From Lophium mytilinum (lineage: Eukaryota): a stretch of DNA of 64,000 bases. The stretch covers positions 1,375,533 to 1,439,532 of the forward strand of contig MU004199.1 in the NCBI GenBank assembly GCA_010093605.1, read 5' to 3'. Numbering within the stretch: position 1 is the stretch's first letter; each line of letters begins with the position of its first letter. This document shows, in pieces, positions 24,533 to 37,068 of the stretch. The notes beneath the pieces are model-generated. The model was not told the DNA's origin. It ran no database searches and saw only the letters and a list, made by a program, of their open reading frames with translations. The position numbers and the translations under genes are program-made.

Positions 24533-27393
24533 CTACAGCTTCGCCTTCGCCCCTTCCACCAACTCCGCTCCCGCCCCCGCAATCGCCAACTTCCCCGTCT
24601 CCACCACCTTCGTCTGGAAGATAACCTTATTCCCCTCCTTCCACATCTCCGTCCTCAGCGTCTGCCCCGGCAGCACCGTGCCCGCAAACCGCACCTTGAT
24701 GTTCTTGAACGCGCCATACGTCTGCAGCACATGCTTGCCGCTGAAACCAAAGAAGCACAGTCCGTGAAGGATCGGCACTTTGAAGCCGCCCATCTTCGAG
24801 AACTCGGGGTCAATGTGCAACGGGTTCCGGTCGCCAGACAAACGATACAGCGCCGCTTGCTCCTCGGTCGTCTTCTCCTCGACGACGGCGTCGGGTTCGC
24901 GTGGTGGGGGCTTGTGTACCGCAGTAGCAGCGCCGCGGTTGCTGCCCTTGTTGGGCCCGCCGAAGCCGCCCGAGCCGCGGATGAAGACGGTGCTTTCGTT
25001 GTAGAAAACGTCTTCTCCGGTGTTCGCGTCCTTGGTGAGAGTGCCGGTAACCACGATACCTGCGGCGCCCTTGTCGACGACTTCGACGAGCTTGGGGTAC
25101 GAGACGAGAGTGGCTTCGGTGGGGATGGGGAATTTGCGGATTTCGAGGTACTGCTCGCCGTGGAGCAGCATCATGGGGGAGAAGTTGGGGACCATGTCAT
25201 CGAGAGAGAAGGGGGCCACGGCGCCGAATGGGGGGATGACGCCGAAGGTGGGTAGCACTTGGAAGTCTTCCGAAGACTCGAAGACGAGGGGTAGGTCGGT
25301 GCGTTTGGCGCCAACTCCGAGATCTAGGGGCGATTAGCATTGAGTCTGGCACGACAAAGCGACAGAAGAGTCTTACTGTAAAGGATAACATCCTTGTCGT
25401 CATACACAAACTTGGTACCTTCAGCCTTCGCCGCCTTCGCAGCCTCAATGGCGGACAGTATTTCCTGGTTGGCATTTCCGCCCTTCTGCTTGTTGGCGAC
25501 GTTCTGCATATTCGCCATGATAGACTTGAGCCCGTCATTGCTGCTCTCCGGGTGATCGGCACGGCCATCGTCGAAGTTGTTAATCTTTTCCCATTGCTGG
25601 ACAACCGCCTCAGGGGTCAACGGGACATCAATGGGGAATCCATGGCCACCTGTTCGCTGCCACCTCGTTTGAGCAACCCAACCGCTGCCGACTTCGTATA
25701 GACGTCCAGTAGGTGGGTCAGGGGTCTTGTCCGAACAGAGAAGGACGACTAGTGGCGCCACATAGTCCGGCTTGAATGCCTGAACCATCTCCTCGGGCAT
25801 GATGGTCCGAGTGAGCGCTGTTCCTGCGTTAGGCGCAATCGTGTTGACGAAGATGTTGTTCTTGGCACCCTCGCGAGCCAGAGCACGTGAGAAACCGAGA
25901 ATGGCACACTTGGCCGCAGCGTAGTTGGCCTGGCCGAAGTTTCCGTAGATGCCGCTGGTGCTGGTGGTGTTGATGATGCGGCCGTATTTCTGCTTGAGCA
26001 TGTAGGGCCATGCAGCCTTTGTGCACTTGTAGGTACCGCGGGCGTGAACTTCCATGACAATGTCCCACATCTTGTCGTCCATGTTGGTGAAGGCCTTGTC
26101 CCGGAGGATACCCGCGTTGTTGACTAGAACGTCGATGCGGCCATAGGCGTCAATCGCACCCTTGACAACAGCATCACCGTCGGTCACGTTGGCCTTGTTT
26201 CCCACCGCCTCGCCACCCAGCTTCTGAATCTCCTGGACAACGGTATCTGGGTTGACGAGATCGTTGACAACGATCTTGGCACCTAGTTTAGCGAATAGCA
26301 GAGCGTAGGCGCGACCGAGACCAGCTCCAGCGCCAGTGATGAGCACTACCTTGCCCTTGAAGTCGAGGTTCTCGCCAGGCTTGTTCGGGGGCAGCTTCTG
26401 TGCCTCCTCGAGCAACTCCATGAAGTTGGCCGGCCCGGTGGGGTACTCGGGATCGGAGAAGTCGTTGACCTCGTTCCATTTGCTGAGTATTGCACCCGGG
26501 GTCAAAGAATCGTCGGCGCGGTATATGGCACCCTTCGAGCGCTCCCACCGGATCTTCGCAATGTGACCGCCTCCAACCTCGTATATCGCTCCAGTCTCGG
26601 TGTTCGACTTGTGTGTGAGGACAGCAACGAGGGGCACAATCCAACTGGGCTGAAGGGCCTTGAGCACATCTGGGGGCATGACAGTCTCGGTCATTCGGCT
26701 GGCGGCGATGGGGGCAATGGTGTTGCAGAGGATGTCATATTTCAGACCTTCCTTGGCCAGCGTCTCGGTGAAGCCAACAAGGGCCAGTTTCGCAGCTATC
26801 ACATGTCAGATCCAGAAAACATGCATTAGATGGGCGAACTCACCAGAGTAATTAGTTTGCCCAAAGTTCCCGAACAGGCCAGCCGCAGATGCAGTGCTGA
26901 TAACACGGCCATACTTCTGTTTCCTGAAATGCGGCCATGCAGCCCTAGCACACTTATATGCACCCCGGACATGCACTGCGAGGACCAAGTCCCAGTCCTG
27001 GTCCGACATGTTCTTGAAGCTCACATCCCGTAGAATGCCAGCGTTGTTGATGAGTATATCAATGCGTCCGAAGGTCTTGATCGCCGTATCGATGATGGCC
27101 TCGCCGTCGAGCACGTTGTCGTAGTTTGCTACGGCCTTGCCGCCAGCCTTTACAATCTCCTCGACAACAACATCGGCAGCCTAGAGCACACAATCATGTA
27201 TTAGCAGGGCTCTAGATATCTGAGTTTCATTACACACCTTGCTGCTCTTGCCCTCGCCCTTGAAGCTGCCTCCCAGATCATTCACAACAACATTCGCGCC
27301 CCGGCTTCCAAAGAACGTAGCGTATGCCTTCCCGAGCCCACCACCAGCACCCGTTACTACAACCGTCTGGCCGTCATACCGCAGTTCAGACAT
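24533..27393 (-). CDS. fox2: Peroxisomal multifunctional beta-oxidation enzyme MFE-2 (two SDR domains + MaoC-type hydratase 2)
   Basis: ATG 27393 ([21 protein letters not shown]), second SDR domain [11 protein letters not shown], hydratase motif [15 protein letters not shown]-terminal PTS1 AKL. Introns 27181-27237, 26796-26843, 25324-25376. Confidence 0.96.
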
Positions 27394-27645
27394 AGCTGCG
27401 GTGTGTGGGCGATTACAAACTCTCAATCTGACGCAAGCAAGCAACAAAGAGGTGCGTGGATATCCTGTGGACTAGGAATCGTCGCGGGGAACTCGGATTC
27501 GGCGGAGTAGGTTCAAAAGATAGTAATGGTGAGGTAGAGGTTGCGGTGGGAGAGGAGAGGTGTGGAGAGAGTGTTGCAAGCGGCTTAGGCTATGGTTTTG
27601 AGGTGTCGTTCGCTCTGGCCGAGCTCCTTCGATGATGTCGATGGA

Positions 27646-27855
27646 CCTCGGCATGCCCAGAACTGGGAGCGAGCGTCACGTGCACCGACTGGAACCCCAC
27701 ATTTTCCAAGGGGGCGGCGCTTTTCACATGCCAGTTTGGGCCCGCGCTCTCTAGCTGGCTGGCTGGTCTGTCTTGTGATGGGAAAACTGACTGCGCATGG
27801 TGAGCGTGATCAGGAGGCCGGAGTCCGAGGTAGACATTCAGCTGCACGACCGAGG
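27646..27855. promoter_or_regulatory. Three CCTCGG/CCGAGG sites, candidate FarA/FarB (CTF1-type) fatty-acid response elements
   Basis: CCTCGG 27646-27651, CCGAGG 27825-27830 and 27850-27855 in the fox2/tda10 divergent promoter. CCTCGG is the known FarA/FarB core site in filamentous-fungal beta-oxidation promoters. Confidence 0.65.
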
Positions 27856-28227
27856 ACTCGGCCGACGTGCAGACGTTCTAATTTTTGCAGTAATTGCACC
27901 CTCGTTCGTGGCCGGGGATATCAGTCTCCGAAATCGTCTGAGCTCTGAAGCTATTCGGCTTCGTTGCGGAGGCCGGACGTAGCACCTCCGCATCACCAGT
28001 AAACCCTCCCCCACCTGATTTTAGTTTCTGAAACGCATTGGCGACAGGCAGCGACACAGGAGCTTCTCTCGCAATCAAGAAATAGACTCAGTACTTGCAT
28101 CTCAGCTCACAGCGGGCGCGTAGCAGAGTTGTAGACTGACTGTTAGTTCGAGTCGAGTCAACCCCACGCTCTCCCATCTTCACGCTTCACCCCTCCCCCA
28201 CCACATGCACTCAATCTTCCTTCCACC

Positions 28228-29745
28228 ATGTCCACGACCACCATCACCGACGACAAGTCGCCCCACGTGATTCCCTTCCTGCTCTCCCATCTCGCCGCCC
28301 ACCGCGAGAAACACGCCGCAGCAGGCACCGCTCCACCCCCATTCTTCCTCGGTCTGAACGGCGTGCAAGGGGCCGGGAAGACGACTTTGGTGCGTGATCT
28401 CATATTTATTATCTAGCATCTAGTTAGACGAACTACATCCATATGCGAGTACAAGCGGTAGAAACCACAGAAATGATTACTGTATTATTCACTGTCACAC
28501 CGCATCCATCTGTTCCCCCGGGCATCCCCGTATTCGGCTCTCGGAAACCGGCTTCATGCAGCGTGTATCAACACCACAAAATTCCAAAATCCTTGGCACT
28601 TCAAAAACACCCCTCCTCACCTCCCATTAGACATCCGCCGCCCTCTCCTCCTCCAGTCTCCCCCACTCTACGCAATCAGACACGATGTAACACTCTCTAA
28701 CCCGAGCCTCACCGTCTAGGTCTCAACCCTCGCCACAACCCTCCGCGCCCCGCCCCACTCTCTCCCCACCGCCGTTCTCTCCCTCGACGACTTCTACCTG
28801 CCCCATGCCGCCCTCACCGCCCTCGCCGAGTCGACGTCGAATCCGCTGCTTCAGCACCGCGGCCAACCACCTACCCACGACCTCGCCCTCGGCGCTTCCG
28901 TCTTCGAGGCGCTGAAAAGCCGCGCCCCGGTTGCTTTGCCGCAGTATGACAAGTCCGCCTACGCTGGACAGGGCGACCGCGCTGATCCCACAACTTGGGA
29001 GCGCGTGAACGAGGGCGAGGAGAAGATAGAGGTCGTCGTGTTTGAGGGGTGGAGCGTTGGCTTCAGGAGTCTAGAAGAGAAGGAGGTGGAGGCGAAATGG
29101 GTCGCTGCGCGGCAAGCAGAGGACGAGGCGGAAAGAAAGGGGGAGGAAGGAGAGGGGCAGTTGGGGAAGCATAAGCTGTGGGATTTGCTGGAGGTGAACG
29201 AAGCGTTGGTGGGGTATGATGTGTTTACGGAGTGAGTAGACGCAGGGGAGAGTGCGTGTGACGAATCGGAAAGCTGACGAGAACCAATAGTGCATTGGAT
29301 GCGTTTGTGCATATGTGAGTCACCCTGTTTCTTCGTCGAAAGCTCGGAGGGGTCAGACTGGGAGAAAATCGGTGGCTGACTTTGATTAGCGACGCCGAGG
29401 ACACGAGATACGTTTACGCCTGGCGACTAGAGCAGGAAGCTGCCCTGCGCGCCTCCAAAGGTACAGGCATGACCGACGAGCAAGTCGTTAGCTTCGTCAA
29501 TGGCTGTGAGTCCAGCGTCCAGTTTCTTACCCTTCAACTCGCCTGCACATCTCCGCGGTGAAACCATCTCCCTAGCTATACAACCAGTATGATATGAAGC
29601 TAACCGGTAACGAACGGAAGACTACCCCGCGTACGAGCTCTACACTCCGAGTCTTCGCCGCGGCCTTTTCGCATCCAATACTGGCGCCCAGATGCGGCTA
29701 GTCGTGGGGCGGGATCGGAAGGTGAAGCAAGCAGAGGTGATATAA
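28228..29745 (+). CDS. tda10: P-loop kinase, TDA10/D-glycerate-3-kinase-like
   Basis: GLNGVQGAGKTT, SLDDFYL, RGQPPTHD, PQYDKSA..GQGDR, FEGWSVGF, YAWRLEQE, GMTDEQVVSFV, YYPAYELY. Introns 28390-28719, 29232-29290, 29315-29389, 29506-29620. Confidence 0.85.
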
Positions 29746-32700
29746 GAGACGCGCAATAAGAGGGACAACGACAAGGAAAAACACTCTCACCAGCCACTTG
29801 GACGCTATGAGTGCTTACTCCTGTAGCGAGGCGAGGTCCCCGTTTCCACGATGGCGTGGGTCTGCATACGATACATACCCGAGAATCGATTGCCGGCACG
29901 CAGCACATACGGATCGACGGCAATAGGCAGGATCATACGATACCTGCGTTTCATAGAACCAGCTTCACTAACCTGCGCGTTAGTGATCAGCCTCTTGCGG
30001 CGTCCAAATGTAGTCTTCTCCCGTTCTTCAGCCGCTCGTGCAGTAGTGCCGCCATCATCTATCTCATCACTACCACCCCGGCCTCACGAGCTTACCTTTG
30101 GTGGTAGTGATCTTAACCTACTGACGTATCAGATCCCCTTGCCTGGCCGGGTCCCCTTAAAAGAGATTTCCACCAACAGCCCTATGGTATCCCAGCCAGC
30201 CAATCCGAGCAGCCAGTCAGCCGATACAAGGATACCTATTATCGACGGTGCCCCTATCAGCTATCACCATGCTCTGATAGGGCGTCCGTTGGAGGACCGT
30301 TACGCAAGCTGGGGCGGTGGAAGAGACTCCGCGGGCCCCGGCGATTCCACTGCTCACTGCCTGGCTACGACACGCGAGAAGGCGATGAAGCTGATCGGTG
30401 AAGCACAGGCTAGCAAACCAGCAGCCAGCAACTTGAAGCGAGAGGGCTGGGCCATCACCCAATGTCCCGCCCGACCTTGTCGAGAGCAGCAAACCGGATC
30501 CCTTCGCGCGTCCCGCGTCCGTCCTCGCCTCTGGATCCCCGCGTCCTTCAATTCTCGCCCTGTCAGGCACTTCCCAGGGAAATCTCCGATGACGCTGCAG
30601 GTCGCATGGCAGTGCAGGGGCAAGGGTTCGTATTCAGCCCTGTTGCAGCGCGGGGAAGGGCCGCATGAGGAACCTGACCATGGAACGGCGGTCATTGATT
30701 CTGTGGCAGCTTGGAATTGGGGCTGAGGCGTTCGGAGGTGCTGATTATTGAATTGTGCCGTAGGTATTTTGTATCAGTCGTAGTCGATGCGGCGTATACG
30801 GCGGCAACGCGGCACAGTCGGATAAGCGCATGTGCACTGGTTGGCCTTGGTGATTCGACTTTACGCCGTGCATGATGTGATCGGGCTGAAGGCTGGGTGT
30901 TGCCCATTCTAGTTGGAGATAGTCCTTCGACAGAGGAAAAGTCGTCGGGGCAGATGTCTCACTCCGGTACGCTCAATATCAGCGGAAGAAAGCCGAAATG
31001 TTCGATATCCATGTAAAGCCCAAAGATCGGCCAGGCAAGTAATCGAAAGCTTGATTGTATTCCATGCTTCGTCGAAATACGGGAAAGATCGGTAATGCGA
31101 AAGCTCCGTGACTGTTGGCCTTCACACTGCATGAAAATGGATTTGGAATTGGACTTTGAGGGCATGAATTTGACAACGCGTGATGAAATAAAAAGTATCC
31201 GAATTGGCCGTTCTGTCAGCAATCTCGTCTTGGTACATCGCTGGAATTACCTTTGAAGTGAAAAATCCTGGCTTAGATTCATGTACACGTGGGCGAAGGA
31301 AGGGCAGAACCTGGTACTCTTTCAACGTTGCCTAGCTGCGTCTATGGTCCAGTAGAAGCGTGAGGCGTAGCCGCGGGCTGTTTCAAGCCCTGCAAATGTT
31401 GGCCTTCTGCAAGCGCTGATTCGGAAGAGTGTGCGAGGGCTGGCTTATCGCGGCAAACGATCCTGGGTGTTTCTTGGACGGACTCCACGCAACGGTCCGC
31501 CAGGGACGTGGGTCTGCTCCATCGACAAGCATCACCCTGCTTTGAGACAGCCGTATTGGGACTGTTTTCGTAACGCTGAGCTGCTGTGGGGCTTGGTGTA
31601 GAAGCCACGAGGGCACAAAGTGACACATCAGGTCGTCCGGCGGCGAAGTTGCAGACAGGGCGGTTTCCGTGTCGAAATGGCGCCGTGAAGGATAAGCGAG
31701 ACCAGCAGAGCAGACGTCTCCCAGCTTCCAACGACCCCGTGTGACACCCACCCTCGCTGCACCCCCCTCGCAGCCCTGCTAGCCTGTCAGCGACGGCCTG
31801 AGAAGCACATCATCCCGGCCCCAGTGCGCCTGCTGCGGCGGGTTTTCCAAAGACGTTCGCTTTCCAAGGCCATGTCTCTGGGATTTAGGCTGAGCGAAGC
31901 CTTATCGGGGCCACCCATCGGGTCTTTTGCCCGCTTGTCCCAATGATGGCGTGTGGACGTCAGGCGCGGTAGGTCCTGGACATACGATGCGTCGTCGTGC
32001 TCGGCTTGCCAACAGCTCCTCGGCCAGCTCACCACCACGGCTGCTGGAGGCTCCTCTTTCCGCCACTGGTCTCGCAGCAATGACATGTCCCAATGATGAC
32101 AGATAAAGACCGTCTGGTAGGGATTGCAGTCTCTTCTGTTTAATTCTACCGCGCCTGCCTGCCAGAGTTGCCTGATCCGTACCGCTCAAGTGCTGCTCTG
32201 GAGAAATTGTGGGGTTCATTCCCACCGTCGCGAATCGCGAGCTAGTTGCGTCAGTTGGGCTGCCGGGCCAGGAGTGAGAGAGAGGGAGGGACCAGCGGGT
32301 GGGTGTGCAACAGGTGTGGGGAGATGGGGCACCTCCGTGCCCGAGGAAGAGACAGCTGCCACTCAGCCGGGCAGTGGAAGCAAATGGAAGCCCCTTGTCT
32401 CCGCCGGGTGCCTTGGGTCCTGTAGATCGGGAACCGGCTCGGACGGTGGCCATGTCGGTTGGTTGACAACGGTACCAAGTCCAGCGTGTCAAGTCCAGTC
32501 TGGCTATCGTCAGCCTTGGAGCCCGAGAGCCAGTGGGTACAGCCCAGCTAGCTCATACACCGTACTTTGAAGCGCGCCAGAAAGGGCCCAGGGATGGGCC
32601 ACAGTCTCGCAAGGCATTGTCGGATCGTGCTTGCAGGCCCAAACCCTTGTCGTCTCCGTCAGGTGAGGCCCGATCTTCGTAGAAGCCGACGTTTCGTTCC

Positions 32701-33112
32701 TTGTATTTCTTTCCGCCGCTGCCTTTATTGGCTTGATGCAGCACATCGCGGCTTGTCTCAGAGTCCTTGGCCTAAGCTCTTGCCGTCAAAATCGCCATGA
32801 TGCCCACCCATGCTGTCGCCATCGGAAGCCTCATTTTACACTCACCAAGTCACGGCCGATGTGTACATCTAGTGTGAAGAAGACTGTATCCCATCGTCGA
32901 GCTTTTTTCTGGGCGCCAGTGGATGAGTGAATTCCGTCCATCCGAGGAACGATTTGGTAGCGCATAGGCTGACACACGCATAGCCACATACCTCGCTGTA
33001 CCGCTGTGTTCATTCGAGGCAGTATCCAGTAGTGAATCGAAGTGAAGACACAGTAGCTGCTAAGAACACGGACAAAGTTTCGTCGTTCGTGCATGGTGCA
33101 CGCCGAGACAAA

Positions 33113-34546
33113 ATGAGTATCGACGAGAGAGCGTTAGTTGAGATCCAGGAGAGAGTATTCCAGCATTATTCGGTGGCCCACCGGATATATTGTGTTCCGG
33201 TAGATGATGTAAGTGGCCGTAATCACACTATGCAATGCTCTTCCATTCAACAATAAACGAGATAGACGATGACTGATGATTGAAAAGGACGAAGAAACAA
33301 GACTCGACATACAGTATCCAATTATGAAGAAGCTTTTCGGCTGGGGATTCAATGAGGGTCAGTCCGGGAGACTCTGGTTTCCACCTATTACTCCAAGAAC
33401 AGTGCTGGATTGCGGTTACGGGTTTGGAAATTGGGCAATTGAAGTCGCCCAAGCATATCCTACTTGCCAGGTAATATTCACCTCTTCCATTGACTAGCTA
33501 GTCAACTCCCTAGTGGCTTGGCTTTTAGGAGTGAACACTGTAGCTGGTAAAATCACAATGTCCCACGTCGTTAGCCCTTGTTGGTGGTAGAGCTGTTCGC
33601 TGATATTTGGAAGGTCCGGGGAGTCGACATATACCCGGCGGACTTGGCCGCAGAGCCTGCCAACCTGACCCTCCAGGTACACAACCTGAACCGTTCGTTA
33701 GACGCTATACTCGAGCCCGGGGAATCGAAGTTCCACTTGATCAACTCGTCGTTTGTTGGTCCCGGAATCCACCGAGGGAGATGGCCGTATTACGTCCACG
33801 ACTTGAAAAAGCTTACGGCGCGAGGGGGCTGGGTTCAGATGATGGAGTACAGCTACTTTATCCAATCCGATAGCGGTCTCCTTACACCACAACATGCTCT
33901 GAGTCAATGGTATGCGTACTACTACCAAGCAATGACGATGGAAAATGGCGGAGACAGGGACCCGGCCATTGGCGGACAGTTGCGGCAGTTGATGACGAAT
34001 GCTGGGTTTTCCAACGTTCAAGGACAGACATATAGTCTGCCCATTGGAGGCTGGCGAGAGGGTATGGCCAATATTTCTTCCTGTTGCTAAAAGCGGTCGA
34101 CTTCGAATCACTCCCTATTTTGCGTGCTAGAGTGACTCGTCCTATCGTCATCCCTCTTGGCAGATCTAGGGGGTCTGGGCTGGTCGTTCGACCTGTATAG
34201 CTGAAGTGCTGCTCAGGGTCTGCTGTCTTGCTTCTCATGTTCCTCTGTCTATCCTCTCATCTTTCGACACTCGCTGACTTTTGACCGCCCCACAGGCCAG
34301 CAGAGGATTGGCAGGGACAACCTGGATAACATCGAGGAGCTCCTCAACTCCCAGGCCATTTGGCCATTCACCCAACTGCTGGGATGGAGCAAAGCGACGT
34401 TCGATGCCTTCACGGCGCAGGCGATGGCAGACGCGAGAAATCTGACGCTCAAGCCATACATCCGAGTGTAAGTTGGAGTGAGTGACAGCTTGCGACTGAC
34501 CGCTCACCATTTATCCAGACATGTGGCGTTCGGAATGAGGCCGTAG
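33113..34546 (+). CDS. SAM-dependent methyltransferase, LaeA-like family
   Basis: YCVPVDDDEETRLDIQY, VLDCGYGFGNWAIEVA, VRGVDI, GGWVQMMEY, LPIGGW, KPYIRVHVAFGMRP. Introns at about 33209-33287, 33471-33613, 34062-34295, 34468-34518. An additional upstream exon cannot be excluded. Confidence 0.85.
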
Positions 34547-37068
34547 ATCCGACCGAAAGAATCGACAGCTCTACGACGATAAGCTTCACTTCGGTGACCG
34601 GTCCTTGACGATGCCCGACGGCATGCGGTAATATCGAACGAAGGAGGCTGTGAGGTGTCCTGTCTGGTACGCAGCCACTGGAGTTTTGTTGTTTCCAGTT
34701 CGCGTGCGGTCTTTCGTCCATTCTTGTTGCGGAAGGGTGAAGGTTCTGTAGGACTTCTCCTCCACTCGATGTCCCCGTTAGCGTTCATTGCCTTTACAAG
34801 ATACGCGTAGTGCGGTAATGAGACAGACATACTCTCTCTTGTGCAGCCCCTGCTCATCATGCTCATTGTCCTGGTGTGTTCGAGGACCCCGGGTCAGACA
34901 TACCCTAGAAGCGAAGTGGACACAGCCTCAACGACGACATCCGACGATAGCAGTCGATAAGGCTCTGATGAGGGGAGGGTCCGTCGTCCAAATGCCCGCG
35001 TTTAGTCCTGGGTCAGATTCGAGTCGAGATGGCTTGGATGGTCAGAAAAGCGGAGAAAGTGGCAGGTTGAGCCGTGGTTGAAGCAGGTGCTGGCGTGCCG
35101 ACGCAGCGGGTACGTAGTCTCTGTCCATGACTACTCTATGCGGAAGAGATGGAGAGTTGCGAAGAAAGGATGGGTTCGAATGCACAGGTTAGGTCAGAAG
35201 CAGAGACGGAGTAACCTCCTGAAGATGAAGGTCGCCAGCAGACGAGGTGGATCGGCGGGATGAGGCGAGGGTGACAGAGGCGCTGATTGGTATGCTTCGG
35301 GCATGCAGGGTTGATCAGGCAGTGTAGCCGCCGGATCTCAGGCCGCCGGTGTGGTGTGAAGGCATCGCTGAGGCGGGGACGATTGGTGATGTTGGAGGGG
35401 GAGAGAGGGGTGGGCGTTGGGGATAGTTGCATCAAACTGAGGGAAGGCACAAAGCAAACAAGCGTCAACGAATAGCGAGCGAGGCAGGTGGTGATGACTC
35501 GACAAGGCGAAGGGGAAAGGCTTTCAAGCTGCTAAGAGCAAGCCATTTCTCCCAGCGCAGCGGTACCGGGTCTCCGGGACAGCGACGTGGGAAGCGCCCT
35601 AGACAGCCCCAACCTTGAAGCTGCCGTCGGACTATGCCGCCCTGACTCGAAATTGACTCGAGATGTGAGAAATGGGCTGTCCACCCAGCCATCGCTGGTG
35701 TTGCAGTGCCAGCTGGCAACGGCGCATATGTACAGACTCGCAGCACGCGGCGTCCAGACCCATCCCACGCGGGAGAAAGGGCTTGGCCGTGCATCTGGAG
35801 TCGTGGAGCGCGGGCCGAACTCAGGGCAAGATGCACTTCAGCGCCTCATCATCAACGGCCCGATCTGGCTTGCTCGATGGGATTGGGCCGCAAAGTGAAG
35901 AGACCCACTTCCCGGTAGATCCGTTGGTTTTGGACAGCGCGGCCTTGATGGCGCCCAGTTGAGGTTGCGGGGAACCGGCTTCTCTCTCTCGCCTCTTAGG
36001 CCCGCATACACCACAGCACACGTGAGGACATGGGCCCATGGGCGCCCCTATTCAGTGTCGCTTATCCTGAACGCCTGCAGAGTGGAGTCAACACCATCGG
36101 TGAGGCTAGCCAAACCTCGAGGGGGAACTGAAGCCGTTGACGATCCCCTCGGGGTGCATAATGCCATAAGAAGGCCATCCGCGCATCTCTTCCAAGCGTG
36201 CCCCGTCTCTCACCCTGATCCCTATCACCAAACAAGTACCCCTTTAGGCGGACGTTCGCTGCTCAGCTGCTAAAGGTGAGCAGCTGGCATGTCTCCCCTC
36301 TCTCACGCGCTACGGCGCACCACGCACAACACAGGTCGCAGTCCGCAGCAACCCTGCAATGGTCCAAGGATGTCAGGGCCTGCAGGTCAGAATCGACTAC
36401 ATTCTTCCGATGCGCCTCAAATCTGGCAGGTCTGGCCTAGGGCGTTGATAGGACAAGTCACCTCTGTGTCACTGGCCTCAACGTGTTCGCTGCAGTGCCA
36501 CGGCGGGCTGCATATCAGGGTCCTCCACGAGAACTCGAAACGGCCATGCATCGTACCACCCAACGGCTATCGCGGCGGTCGAGCTATTTTTCTCCGTCCG
36601 AGAGTGATCTGGCCGGGGAATAGATTGATTGATTTGCAGCCCTCAGGGATGCCAACAAGCTACCGGTAGCGTGACTGATCTCCCCATATTTTTCGGAAGC
36701 CAGCATCCTTCAACACCATCGAGATAGCCGTTGGACATGGCAAAGGGCCGCGTCTCGGAATGCCATCGGGCCCAAGCGGGCTAGCTCATCGGGAAGCCGA
36801 TCATCCCCACACGGCATCACCACCCATGCTTCCCGTAAAAGTCTCCACGTGCCTCAAGCTGAGGTAATAAAGCAAGCCCCGCTCCAATATACCTATCGAC
36901 CGCATGCTGCCGCCGGGCAGGCGCTGCAGTCCTCCCGCGTCCTACCGTCATAGCGTTTTCCTCGACTGCAATGTGATCCTGCACCGTGATGCACTCCTTA
37001 AAGACCTGCCGCCGTTCCTGGGTTTTTCCCTTCCCTGAACCGCCAACCCGTCGACCAGGAATTCCACC

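Noticed and set aside
24296..25255. 319-aa plus-strand ORF
   Set aside because: Antisense shadow of the codon-biased fox2 exon; no independent features.
29851..30726. 291-aa ORF downstream of tda10
   Set aside because: No recognisable domain or coding-like composition; long chance ORFs are common at this GC content. Not excluded, but unsupported.
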